Positions 34,301 to 49,300 of a stretch of DNA of 64,000 bases are shown one piece after another (position 1 is the first letter of the stretch; every line of letters begins with the position of its first letter). The DNA is from Eledone cirrhosa (taxonomy: Eukaryota): contig OZ024741.1 in the NCBI GenBank assembly GCA_964016885.1, forward strand, positions 400,520,001 to 400,584,000, read 5' to 3'. A program made the position numbers and the translations under genes. The notes below the pieces were generated by a model. It was not told the DNA's origin and did not search any database. It saw nothing but the letters and a program-made list of their open reading frames with translations.

Positions 34301-37300
34301 CTAACTCTAAATTAAACCCTATCTCTAACTCTAAAGAAACCTAAACCTAACTCTAAATTCAAACCTATCTCTAACCCTAAACAAACCTAAACCTAACTCT
34401 AAATTAAACCCTATCTCTAATTCCAAAGAAACCTAAACCTAACTCTAAATTAAACCCTATCTCTAACTCTAAAGAAACCTAAACCTAACTCTAAATTAAA
34501 CCCTATCTCTAACTCTAAAGAAAACTAAACCTAACTCTAAATTAAACCCTATCTCTAACTCTAAAGAAACCTAAACCTAACTCTAAATTAAACCCTATCT
34601 CTAACTCTAAAGAAACCTAAACCTAACTCTAAATTAAACCCTATCTCTAACTCTAAAGAAACCTAAACCTAACTCTAAATTAAACCCTATCTCTAACTCT
34701 AAAGAAACCTAAACCTAACTCTAAATTAAACCCTATCTCTAACTCTAAAGAAACCTAAACCTAACTCTTAATTAAACCCTATCTCTAACTCTAAAGAAAC
34801 CTAAACCTAACTCATAAATAAAAAAACCCTATCTCTAACTCTAAAGAAACCTAAACCTAACTCTTAATTAAACCCTATCTCTAACTCTAAAGAAACCTAA
34901 ACCTAACTCTAAATTAAAACCTATCTCTTACCCTAAAGAAACCTAAACCTAACTCTAAATTAAACCCTATCTCTAATTCCAAAGAAACCTAAACCTAACT
35001 GTAAATTGAACCCTATCTCTAACTCTAAAGAAACCTAAACCTAACTCTAAATTAAACCCTATCTCTAACCCTAAAGAGACCTAAACCTAACTCTAAATTA
35101 AACCCTATCTCTAACTCTAAAGAAACCTAAACCTAACTCTAAATTAAACCCTATCTCTAACTCTAAAGAAACCTAAACCTAACTCTAAATTAAACCCTAT
35201 TTCTTACCCTAAAGAAACCTAAACCTAACTCTAAATTAAACCCTATCTCTAACTCTAAAGAAACCTAAACCTACCTCTAAATTAAACCCTATCTCTAACT
35301 CTAAAGAAACCTAAACCTAACTCTAAATTAAACCCTATCTCTAACTCTAAAGAAACCTAAACCTAACTCTAAATTAAACCCTATCTCTAACTCTAAAGAA
35401 ACCTAAACCTAACTCTAAATTAAACCCTATTTCTAACCCTAAAGAAACCTAAACCTAACTCTAAATTAAACCCTATCTCTAACTCTAAAGAAACCTAAAC
35501 CTAACTCTAAATTAAACCCTATCTCTAACTCTAAAGTAACCTAAACCTAATTCTAAATTAAACCCTATCTCTAACTCTAAAGAAACCTAAACCTAACTCT
35601 AAATTAAACCCTATCTCTAACTCTAAAGAAACCTAAACCTAACTCTAAATTAAACCCTATCTCTAACTCTAAAGAAACCTAAACCTAACTCTAAATTAAA
35701 CCCTATCTCTAACTCTAAAGAAACCTAAACCTAACTCTAAATTAAACCCTATCTCTAACTCTAAAGAAACCTAAACCTAACTCTAAATTAAACCCTATCT
35801 CTAACTCTAAAGAAACCTAAACCTAACTCTTAATTAAACCCTATCTCTAACTCTAAAGAAACCTAAACCTAACTCATAAATAAAAAAACCCTATCTCTAA
35901 CTCTAAAGAAACCTAAACCTAACTCTTAATTAAACCCTATCTCTAACTCTAAAGAAACCTAAACCTAACTCTAAATTAAAACCTATCTCTAACCCTAAAG
36001 AAACCTAAACCTAACTCTAAATTAAACCCTATCTCTAATTCCAAAGAAACCTAAACCTAACTGTAAATTGAACCCTATCTCTAACTCTAAAGAAACCTAA
36101 ACCTAACTCTAAATTAAACCCTATCTCTAACTCTAAAGAAACCTAAACCTAACTCATAAATAAAACCCTATCTCTAACTCTAAAGAAACCTAAACCTAAC
36201 TCTAAATTAAACCCTATCTCTAACACTAAAGAAACCTAAACCTAACTCTAAATTAAACCCTATCTCTAACTCTAAAGAAACCTAAACCTAACTCTAAATT
36301 AAACCCTATCTCTAACTCAAAAGAAACCTAAACCTAACTCTAAATTAAACCCTATCTCTAACTCTAAAGAAACCTAAACCTAACTCTAAATTCAAACCTA
36401 TCTCTAACCCTAAAGAAACCTAAACCTAACTCTAAATTAAACCCTATCTCTAATTCCAAAGAAACCTAAACCTAACTCTAAATTAAACCCTATCTCTAAC
36501 TCTAAAGAAACCTAAACCTAACTCTAAATTAAACCCTATCTCTAACTCTAAAGAAAACTAAACCTAACTCTAAATTAAACCCTATCTCTAACTCTAAAGA
36601 AACCTAAACCTAACTCTAAATTAAACCCTATCTCTAACTCTAAAGAAACCTAAACCTAACTCTAAATTAAACCGTATCTCTAACTCTAAAGAAACCTAAA
36701 CCTAACTCTAAATTAAACCCTATCTCTAACTCTAAAGAAACCTAAACCTAACTCTAAATTAAACCCTATCTCTAACTCTAAAGAAACCTAAACCTAACTC
36801 TTAATTAAACCCTATCTCTAACTCTAAAGAAACCTAAACCTAACTCATAAATAAAAAAACCCTATCTCTAACTCTAAAGAAACCTAAACCTAACTCTTAA
36901 TTAAACCCTATCTCTAACTCTAAAGAAACCTAAACCTAACTCTAAATTAAAACCTATCTCTAACCCTAAAGAAACCTAAACCTAACTCTAAATTAAACCC
37001 TATCTCTAATTCCAAAGAAACCTAAACCTAACTGTAAATTGAACCCTATCTCTAACTCTAAAGAAACCTAAACCTAACTCATAAATAAAACCCTATCTCT
37101 AACTCTAAAGAAACCTAAACCTAACTCTAAATTAAACCCTATCTCTAACCCTAAAGAAACCTAAACCTAACTCTAAATTAAACCCTATCTCTAACTCTAA
37201 AGAAACCTAAACCTAACTCTAAATTAAACCCTATCTCTAACTCTAAAGAAACCTAAACCTAACTCTAAATCAAACCCTATTTCTTACCCTAAAGAAACCT

Positions 37301-40300
37301 AAACCTAACTCTAAATTAAACCCTATCTCTAACTCTAAAGAAACCTAAACCTACCTCTAAATTAAACCCTATCTCTAACTCTAAAGAAACCTAAACCTAA
37401 CTCTAAATTAAACCCTATCTCTAACTCTAAAGAAACCTAAACCTAACTCTAAATTAAACCCTATCTCTAACTCTAAAGAAACCTAAACCTAACTCTAAAT
37501 TAAACCCTATTTCTAACCCTAAAGAAACCTAAACCTAACTCTAAATTAAACCCTATCTCTAACTCTAAAGAAACCTAAACCTAACTCTAAATTAAACCCT
37601 ATCTCTAACTCTAAAGTAACCTAAACCTAATTCTAAATTAAACCCTATCTCTAACTCTAAAGAAACCTAAACCTAACTCTAAATTAAACCCTATCTCTAA
37701 CTCTAAAGAAACCTAAACCTAACTCTAAATTAAACCCTATCTCTAACTCTAAAGAAACCTAAACCTAACTCTAAATTAACTCTAAATTAAACCCTATCTC
37801 TAACTCTAAAGAAACCTAAACCTAACTCTAAATTAAACCCTATCTCTAACTCTAAAGAAACCTAAACCTAACTCTAAATTAAACCCTATCTCTAACTCTA
37901 AAGAAACCTAAACCTAACTCTTAATTAAACCCTATCTCTAACTCTAAAGAAACCTAAACCTAACTCATAAATAAAAAAACCCTATCTCTAACTCTAAAGA
38001 AACCTAAACCTAACTCTAAATTAAACCCTATCTCTAACTCTAAAGAAACCTAAACCTAACTCTAGATTAAACCCTATCTCTAACCCCAAAGAAACCTCAA
38101 CCTAACTCTAAATTAAACCCTATCTCTAACTCTAAAGAAACCTAAACCTAACTCTAAATTAAACCCTATCTCTAACTCTAAAGAAACCTAAACCTAACTC
38201 TAAATTCAAACCTATCTCTAACCCTAAAGAAACCTAAACCTAACTCTAAATTAAACCCTATCTCTAATTCCAAAGAAACCTAAACCTAACTCTAAATTAA
38301 ACCCTATCTCTAACTCTAAAGAAACCTAAACCTAACTCTAAATTAAACCCTATCTCTAACTCTAAAGAAAACTAAACCTAACTCTAAATTAAACCCTATC
38401 TCTAACTCTAAAGAAACCTAAACCTAACTCTAAATTAAACCCTATCTCTAACTCTAAAGAAACCTAAACCTAACTCTAAATTAAACCCTATCTCTAACTC
38501 TAAAGAAACCTAAACCTAACTCTAAATTAAACCCTATCTCTAACTCTAAAGAAACCTAAACCTAACTCTAAATTAAACCCTATCTCTAACTCTAAAGAAA
38601 CCTAAACCTAACTCTAAATTAAACCCTATCTCTAACTCTAAAGAAACCTAAACCTAACTCTAAATTAAACCCTATCTCTAAATCTAAAGAAACCTAAACC
38701 TAACTCTAAATTAAAACCTATCTCTAACTCTAAAGAAACCTAAACCTAACTCTAAATTAAACCCTATTTCTAACCCTAAAGAAACCTAAACCTAACTCTA
38801 AATTAAACCCTATCTCTAACTCTAAAGAAACCTAAACCTAACTCTAAATTAAAACCTATCTCTAACTCTAAAGAAACCTAAACCTAACTCTAACTTAAAC
38901 CCTATCTCTAACTCTAAAGAAACCTAAACCTAACTCTAAATTAAACCCTATCTCTAACTCTAAAGAACCCTAAACCTAACTCTAAATTAAACCCTATCTC
39001 TAACTCTAAAGAAACCTAAACCTAACTCTAAATTAAACCCTATCTCTAACTCTAAAGTAACCTAAACCTAATTCTAAATTAAACCCTATCTCTAACTCTA
39101 AAGAAACCTAAACCTAACTCTAAATTAAACCCTATCTCTAAATCTAAAGAAACCTAAACCTAACTCTAAATTAAAACCTATCTCTAACTCTAGAGAAACC
39201 TAAACCTAACTCTAAATTAAACCCTATTTCTAACCCTAAAGAAACCTAAACCTAACTCTAAATTAAACCCTATCTCTAACTCTAAAGAAACCTAAACCTA
39301 ACTCTAAATTAAACCCTATCTCTAACTCTAAAGTAACCTAAACCTAATTCTAAATTAAACCCTATCTCTAACTCTAAAGAAACCTAAACCTAACTCTAAA
39401 TTAAACCCTATCTCTAACTCTAAAGAAACCTAAACCTAACTCTAAATTAAACCCTATCTCTAACTCTAAAGAAACCTAAACCTAACTCTAAATTAAACCC
39501 TATCTCTAACTCTAAAGAAACCTAAACCTAACTCTAAATTAAACCCTATCTCTAACTCTAAATTAAACCCTATCTCTAACTCTAAAGATACCTAAACCTA
39601 TCTCGCAATTAAAACCTATCTCTAACGCTAAAGAAAGCCAAACCTAACTCTAAATTAAACCCTATTTCTAACCCTAAAGAAACCTAAACCTAACTCTAAA
39701 TTAAACCCTATCTCTAATTCCAAAGAAACCTAAACCTAACTCTAAATTAAACACTATCTCTAACTCTAAAGAAACCTAAACCTAACTCTAAATTAAACCC
39801 TATCTCTAACTCTAAAGAAACCTAAACCTAACTCTAAATTAAACCCTATCTCTAACTCTAAAGAAACCTAAACCTAACTCTAAATTAAACCCTATCTCTA
39901 ACTCTAAAGAAACCTAAACCTAACTCTAAATTAAACCCTATCTCTAACTCTAAAGTAACCTAAACCTAATTCTAAATTAAACCCTATCTCTAACTCTAAA
40001 GAAACCTAAACCTAACTCTAAATTAAACCCTATCTCTAAATCTAAAGAAACCTAAACCTAACTCTAAATTAAAACCTATCTCTAACTCTAGAGAAACCTA
40101 AACCTAACTCTAAATTAAACCCTATTTCTAACCCTAAAGAAACCTAAACCTAACTCTAAATTAAACCCTATCTCTAACTCTAAAGAAACCTAAACCTAAC
40201 TCTAAATTAAACCCTATCTCTAACTCTAAAGTAACCTAAACCTAATTCTAAATTAAACCCTATCTCTAACTCTAAAGAAACCTAAACCTAACTCTAAATT

Positions 40301-43300
40301 AAACCCTATCTCTAACTCTAAAGAAACCTAAACCTAACTCTAAATTAAACCCTATCTCTAACTCTAAAGAAACCTAAACCTAACTCTAAATTAAACCCTA
40401 TCTCTAACTCTAAAGAAACCTAAACCTAACTCTAAATTAAACCCTATCTCTAACTCTAAATTAAACCCTATCTCTAACTCTAAAGATACCTAAACCTATC
40501 TCGCAATTAAAACCTATCTCTAACGCTAAAGAAAGCCAAACCTAACTCTAAATTAAACCCTATTTCTAACCCTAAAGAAACCTAAACCTAACTCTAAATT
40601 AAACCCTATCTCTAATTCCAAAGAAACCTAAACCTAACTCTAAGTTAAACACTATCTCTAACTCTAAAGAAACCTAAACCTAACTCTAAATTAAACCCTA
40701 TCTCTAACTCTAAAGAAACCTAAACCTAACTCTAAATTAAACCCTATCTCTAACTCTAAAGAAACCTAAACCTAACTCTAAATTAAACCCTATCTCTAAC
40801 TCTAAAGAAACCTAAACCTAACTCTAAATTAAACCCTATCTCTAACTCTAAAGAAACCTAAACCTAACTCTAAATTAAACCCTATCTCTAACTCTAAAGA
40901 AACCTAAACCTAACTCTAAATTAAACCCTATCTCTAAATCTAAAGAAACCTAAACCTAACTCTAAATTAAAACCTATCTCTAACTCTAGAGAAACCTAAA
41001 CCTAACTCTAAATTAAACCCTATCTCTAACTCTAAAGAAACCTAAACCTAACTCTAAATTAAACCCTATCTCTAACTCTAAAGAAACCTAAACCTAACTC
41101 TAAATTAAACCCTATCTCTAACTCTAAAGAAACCTAAACCTAACTCTTAATTAAACCCTATCTCTAACTCTAAAGAAACCTAAACCTAACTCATAAATAA
41201 AAAAACCCTATCTCTAACTCTAAAGAAACCTAAACCTAACTCTAAATTAAACCCTATCTCTAACTCTAAAGAAACCTAAACCTAACTCTAGATTAAACCC
41301 TATCTCTAACCCCAAAGAAACCTCAACCTAACTCTAAATTAAACCCTATCTCTAACTCTAAAGAAACCTAAACCTAACTCTAAATTAAACCCTATCTCTA
41401 ACTCTAAAGAAACCTAAACCTAACTCTAAATTCAAACCTATCTCTAACCCTAAAGAAACCTAAACCTAACTCTAAATTAAACCCTATCTCTAATTCCAAA
41501 GAAACCTAAACCTAACTCTAAATTAAACCCTATCTCTAACTCTAAAGAAACCTAAACCTAACTCTAAATTAAACCCTATCTCTAACTCTAAAGAAAACTA
41601 AACCTAACTCTAAATTAAACCCTATCTCTAACTCTAAAGAAACCTAAACCTAACTCTAAATTAAACCCTATCTCTAACTCTAAAGAAACCTAAACCTAAC
41701 TCTAAATTAAACCCTATCTCTAACTCTAAAGAAACCTAAACCTAACTCTAAATTAAACCCTATCTCTAACTCTAAAGAAACCTAAACCTAACTCTAAATT
41801 AAACCCTATCTCTAACTCTAAAGAAACCTAAACCTAACTCTAAATTAAACCCTATCTCTAACTCTAAAGAAACCTAAACCTAACTCTAAATTAAACCCTA
41901 TCTCTAAATCTAAAGAAACCTAAACCTAACTCTAAATTAAAACCTATCTCTAACTCTAAAGAAACCTAAACCTAACTCTAAATTAAACCCTATTTCTAAC
42001 CCTAAAGAAACCTAAACCTAACTCTAAATTAAACCCTATCTCTAACTCTAAAGAAACCTAAACCTAACTCTAAATTAAAACCTATCTCTAACTCTAAAGA
42101 AACCTAAACCTAACTCTAACTTAAACCCTATCTCTAACTCTAAAGAAACCTAAACCTAACTCTAAATTAAACCCTATCTCTAACTCTAAAGAACCCTAAA
42201 CCTAACTCTAAATTAAACCCTATCTCTAACTCTAAAGAAACCTAAACCTAACTCTAAATTAAACCCTATCTCTAACTCTAAAGTAACCTAAACCTAATTC
42301 TAAATTAAACCCTATCTCTAACTCTAAAGAAACCTAAACCTAACTCTAAATTAAACCCTATCTCTAACTCTAAAGAAACCTAAACCTAACTCTAAATTAA
42401 ACCCTATCTCTAACTCTAAAGAAACCTAAACCTAACTCTAAATTAAACCCTATCTCTAAATCTAAAGAAACCTAAACCTAACTCTAAATTAAAACCTATC
42501 TCTAACTGTAGAGAAACCTAAACCTAACTCTAAATTAAACCCTATTTCTAACCCTAAAGAAACCTAAACCTAACTCTAAATTAAACCCTATCTCTAACTC
42601 TAAAGAAACCTAAACCTAACTCTAAATTAAACCCTATCTCTAACTCTAAAGTAACCTAAACCTAATTCTAAATTAAACCCTATCTCTAACTCTAAAGAAA
42701 CCTAAACCTAACTCTAAATTAAACCCTATCTCTAACTCTAAAGAAACCTAAACCTAACTCTAAATTAAACCCTATCTCTAACTCTAAAGAAACCTAAACC
42801 TAACTCTAAATTAAACCCTATCTCTAACTCTAAAGAAACCTAAACCTAACTCTAAATTAAACCCTATCTCTAACTCTAAATTAAACCCTATCTCTAACTC
42901 TAAAGATACCTAAACCTATCTCGCAATTAAAACCTATCTCTAACGCTAAAGAAAGCCAAACCTAACTCTAAATTAAACCCTATTTCTAACCCTAAAGAAA
43001 CCTAAACCTAACTCTAAATTAAACCCTATCTCTAATTCCAAAGAAACCTAAACCTAACTCTAAATTAAACACTATCTCTAACTCTAAAGAAACCTAAACC
43101 TAACTCTAAATTAAACCCTATCTCTAACTCTAAAGAAACCTAAACCTAACTCTAAATTAAACCCTATCTCTAACTCTAAAGAAACCTAAACCTAACTCTA
43201 AATTAAACCCTATCTCTAACTCTAAAGAAACCTAAACCTAACTCTAAATTAAACCCTATCTCTAACTCTAAAGAAACCTAAACCTAACTCTAAATTAAAC

Positions 43301-46300
43301 CCTATCTCTAACTCTAAAGAAACCTAAACCTAACTCTAAATTAAACCCTATCTCTAAATCTAAAGAAACCTAAACCTAACTCTAAATTAAAACCTATCTC
43401 TAACTCTAGAGAAACCTAAACCTAACTCTAAATTAAACCCTATCTCTAACTCTAAAGAAACCTAAACCTAACTCTAAATTAAACCCTATCTCTAACTCTA
43501 AAGAAACCTAAACCTAACTCTAAATTATACCCTATCTCTAACTCTAAAGAAACCTAAACCTAACTCTTAATTAAACCCTATCTCTAACTCTAAAGAAACC
43601 TAAACCTAACTCATAAATAAAAAAACCCTATCTCTAACTCTAAAGAAACCTAAACCTAACTCTAAATTAAACCCTATCTCTAACTCTAAAGAAACCTAAA
43701 CCTAACTCTAAATTAAACCCTATCTCTAACTCTAAAGAAACCTAAACCTAACTCTAAATTAAACCCTATCTCTAACTCTAAAGAAACCTAAACCTAACTC
43801 TAAATTCAAACCTATCTCTAACCCTAAAGAAACCTAAACCTAACTCTAAATTAAACCCTATCTCTAATTCCAAAGAAACCTAAACCTAACTCTAAATTAA
43901 ACCCTATCTCTAACTCTAAAGAAACCTAAACCTAACTCTAAATTAAACCCTATCTCTAACTCTAAAGAAAACTAAACCTAACTCTAAATTAAACCCTATC
44001 TCTAACTCTAAAGAAACCTAAACCTAACTCTAAATTAAACCCTATCTCTAACTCTAAAGAAACCTAAACCTAACTCTAAATTAAACCCTATCTCTAACTC
44101 TAAAGAAACCTAAACCTAACTCTAAATTAAACCCTATCTCTAACTCTAAAGAAACCTAAACCTAACTCTAAATTAAACCCTATCTCTAACTCTAAAGAAA
44201 CCTAAACCTAACTCTAAATTAAACCCTATCTCTAACTCTAAAGAAACCTAAACCTAACTCTAAATTAAACCCTATCTCTAAATCTAAAGAAACCTAAACC
44301 TAACTCTAAATTAAAACCTATCTCTAACTCTAAAGAAACCTAAACCTAACTCTAAATTAAACCCTATTTCTAACCCTAAAGAAACCTAAACCTAACTCTA
44401 AATTAAACCCTATCTCTAACTCTAAAGAAACCTAAACCTAACTCTAAATTAAAACCTATCTCTAACTCTAAAGAAACCTAAACCTAACTCTAACTTAAAC
44501 CCTATCTCTAACTCTAAAGAAACCTAAACCTAACTCTAAATTAAACCCTATCTCTAACTCTAAAGAACCCTAAACCTAACTCTAAATTAAACCCTATCTC
44601 TAACTCTAAAGAAACCTAAACCTAACTCTAAATTAAACCCTATCTCTAACTCTAAAGTAACCTAAACCTAATTCTAAATTAAACCCTATCTCTAACTCTA
44701 AAGAAACCTAAACCTAACTCTAAATTAAACCCTATCTCTAACTCTAAAGAAACCTAAACCTAACTCTAAATTAAACCCTATCTCTAACTCTAAAGAAACC
44801 TAAACCTAACTCTAAATTAAACCCTATCTCTAAATCTAAAGAAACCTAAACCTAACTCTAAATTAAAACCTATCTCTAACTCTAGAGAAACCTAAACCTA
44901 ACTCTAAATTAAACCCTATTTCTAACCCTAAAGAAACCTAAACCTAACTCTAAATTAAACCCTATCTCTAACTCTAAAGAAACCTAAACCTAACTCTAAA
45001 TTAAACCCTATCTCTAACTCTAAAGTAACCTAAACCTAATTCTAAATTAAACCCTATCTCTAACTCTAAAGAAACCTAAACCTAACTCTAAATTAAACCC
45101 TATCTCTAACTCTAAAGAAACCTAAACCAAACTCTAAATTAAACCCTATCTCTAACTCTAAAGAAACCTAAACCTAACTCTAAATTAAACCCTATCTCTA
45201 ACTCTAAAGAAACCTAAACCTAACTCTAAATTAAACCCTATCTCTAACTCTAAATTAAACCCTATCTCTAACTCTAAAGATACCTAAACCTATCTCGCAA
45301 TTAAAACCTATCTCTAACGCTAAAGAAAGCCAAACCTAACTCTAAATTAAACCCTATTTCTAACCCTAAAGAAACCTAAACCTAACTCTAAATTAAACCC
45401 TATCTCTAATTCCAAAGAAACCTAAACCTAACTCTAAATTAAACACTATCTCTAACTCTAAAGAAACCTAAACCTAACTCTAAATTAAACCCTATCTCTA
45501 ACTCTAAAGAAACCTAAACCTAACTCTAAATTAAACCCTATCTCTAACTCTAAAGAAACCTAAACCTAACTCTAAATTAAACCCTATCTCTAACTCTAAA
45601 GAAACCTAAACCTAACTCTAAATTAAACCCTATCTCTAACTCTAAAGAAACCTAAACCTAACTCTAAATTAAACCCTATCTCTAACTCTAAAGAAACCTA
45701 AACCTAACTCTAAATTAAACCCTATCTCTAAATCTAAAGAAACCTAAACCTAACTCTAAATTAAAACCTATCTCTAACTCTAGAGAAACCTAAACCTAAC
45801 TCTAAATTAAACCCTATTTCTAACCCTAAAGAAACCTAAACCTAACTCTAAATTAAACCCTATCTCTAACTCTAAAGAAACCTAAACCTAACTCTATTTA
45901 AACCCTATCTCTAACTCTAAAGAAACCTAAACCTAACTCTAAATTAAAACCTATCTCTAACTCTAGAGAAACCTAAACCTAACTCTAAATTAAACCCTAT
46001 TTCTAACCCTAAAGAAACCTAAACCTAACTCTAAATTAAACCCTATCTCTAACTCTAAAGAAACCTAAACCTAACTCTATTTAAACCCTATCTCTAACTC
46101 TAAAGTAACCTAAACCTAATTCTAAATTAAACCCTATCTCTAACTCTAAAGAAACCTAAACCTAACTCTAAATTAAACCCTATCTCTAACTCTAAAGAAA
46201 CCTAAACCTAACTCTAAATTAAACCCTATCTCTAACTCTAAAGAAACCTAAACCTAACTCTAAATTAAACCCTATCTCTAACTCTTAAGAAACCTAAACC

Positions 46301-49300
46301 TAACTCTAAATTAAACCCTATCTCTAACTCTAAAGAAACCTAAACCTAACTCTAAATTAAACCCTATCTCTAACTCTAAAGAAACCTAAACCTATCTCGC
46401 AATTAAAACCTATCTCTAACGCTAAAGAAACCCAAACCTAACTCTAAATTAAACCCTATTTCTAACCCTAAAGAAACCTAAACCTAACTCTAAATTAAAC
46501 CCTATCTCTAATTCCAAAGAAACCTAAACCTAACTCTAAATTAAACCCTATCTCTAACTCTAAAGAAACCTAAACCTAACTCTAAATTAAACCCTATCTC
46601 TAACTCTAAAGAAACCTAAACCTAACTCTAAATTAAACCCTATCTCTAACTCTAAAGAAACCTAAACCTAACTCTAAATTAAACCCTATCTCTAACTCTA
46701 AAAAAACCTAAACCTAACTCTAAATTAAACCCTATCTCTAACTCTAAAGAAACCTAAACCTAACTCTAAATTAAACCCTATCTCTAACTCTAAAGAAACC
46801 TACACCTAACTCTAAATTAAACCCTATCTCTAACTCTAAATGAACCTAAACCTAACTCTAAATTAAACCCTATCTCTAATTCCAAAGAAACCTAAACCTA
46901 ACTCTAAAATAAACCCTATCTCTAACTCTAAAGAAACCTAAACCTAACTCTAAATTAAACCCTATCTCTAACTCTAAAGAAACCTACAACTAACTCTAAA
47001 TTAAACCCTATCTCTAATTCCAAAGAAACCTAAACCTAACTCTAAATTGAACCCTATCTCTAACACTAAAGAAACCTAAACCTAACTCTAAATTAAACCC
47101 TATCTCTAACTCTAAAGAAAACTAAACCTAACTCTAAATTAAACCCTATCTCTAACTCTAAAGAAACCTAAACCTAACTCATAAATAAAACCCTATCTCT
47201 AACTCTAAAGAAACCTAAACCTAACTCTAAATTAAACCCTATCTCTAACACTAAAGAAACCTAAACCTAACTCTAAATTAAACCCTATCTCTAACTCTAA
47301 AGAAACCTAAACCTAACTCTAAATTAAACCCTATCTCTAACTCAAAAGAAACCTAAACCTAACTCTAAATTAAACCCTATCTCTAACTCTAAAGAAACCT
47401 AAACCTAACTCTAAATTAAATCCTATCTCTAACTCTAAAGAAACCTAAACCTAACTCTAAATTAAACCCTATCTCTAACTCTAAAGAAACCTAAACCTAA
47501 CTCTAAATTAAACCCTATCTCTAACTCTAAAGAAACCTAAACCTAACTCTAGATTAAACCCTATCTCTAACCCCAAAGAAACCTCAACCTAACTCTAAAT
47601 TAAACCCTATCTCTAACTCTAAAGAAACCTAAACCTAACTCTAAATTAAACCCTATCTCTAACTCTAAAGAAACCTAAACCTAACTCTAAATTCAAACCT
47701 ATCTCTAACCCTAAAGAAACCTAAACCTAACTCTAAATTAAACCCTATCTCTAATTCCAAAGAAACCTAAACCTAACTCTAAATTAAACCCTATCTCTAA
47801 CTCTAAAGAAACCTAAACCTAACTCTAAATTAAACCCTATCTCTAACTCTAAAGAAAACTAAACCTAACTCTAAATTAAACCCTATCTCTAACTCTAAAG
47901 AAACCTAAACCTAACTCTAAATTAAACCCTATCTCTAACACTAAAGAAACCTAAACCTAACTCTAAATTAAACCCTATCTCTAACTCTAAAGAAACCTAA
48001 ACCTAACTCTAAATTAAACCCTATCTCTAACTCTAAAGAAACCTAAACCTAACTCATAAATAAAACCCTATCTCTAACTCTAAAGAAACCTAAACCTAAC
48101 TCTAAATTAAACCCTATCTCTAACCATAAAGAAACCTAAACCTAACTCTAAATTAAACCCTATCTCTAACTCTAAAGAAACCTAAACCTAACTCTAAATT
48201 AAACCCTATCTCTAACTCTAAAGAAACCTAAACCTAACTCTAAATTAAACCCTATTTCTTACCCTAAAGAAACCTAAACCTAACTCTAAATTAAACCCTA
48301 TCTCTAACTCTAAAGAAACCTAAACCTAACTCTAAATTAAACCCTATCTCTAACTCTAAAGAAACCTAAACCTAACTCTAAATTAAACCCTATCTCTAAC
48401 TCTAAAGAAACCTAAACCTAACTCTAAATTAAACCCTATCTCTAACTCTAAAGAAACCTAAACCTAACTCTAAATTAAACCCTATCTCTAACTCTAAAGA
48501 AACCTAAACCTAACTCTAAATTAAACCCTATCTCTAACTCTAAAGAAACCTAAACCTAACTCTAAATTAAACCCTATCTCTAAATCTAAAGAAACCTAAA
48601 CCTAACTCTAAATTAAAACCTATCTCTAACTCTAAAGAAACCTAAACCTAACTCTAAATTAAACCCTATTTCTAACCCTAAAGAAACCTAAACCTAACTC
48701 TAAATTAAACCCTATCTCTAATTCCAAAGAAACCTAAACCTAACTCTAAATTAAACCCTATCTCTAACTCTAAAGAAACCTAAACCTAACTCTAAATTAA
48801 ACCCTATCTCTAACTCTAAAGAAACCTAAACCTAACTCTAAATTAAACCCTATCTCTAACTCTAAAGAAACCTAAACCTAACTCTAAATTAAACCCTATC
48901 TCTAACTCTAAAAAAACCTAAACCTAACTCTAAATTAAACCCTATCTCTAACTCTAAAGAAACCTAAACCTAACTCTAAATTAAACCCTATCTCTAACTC
49001 TAAAGAAACCTACACCTAACTCTAAATTAAACCCTATCTCTAACTCTAAATGAACCTAAACCTAACTCTAAATTAAACCCTATCTCTAATTCCAAAGAAA
49101 CCTAAACCTAACTCTAAATTAAACCCTATCTCTAACTCTAAAGAAACCTAAACCTAACTCTAAATTAAACCCTATCTCTAACTCTAAAGAAACCTACAAC
49201 TAACTCTAAATTAAACCCTATCTCTAACTCTAAATGAACCTAAACCTAACTCTAAATTAAACCCTATCTCTAATTCCAAAGAAACCTAAACCTAACTCTA

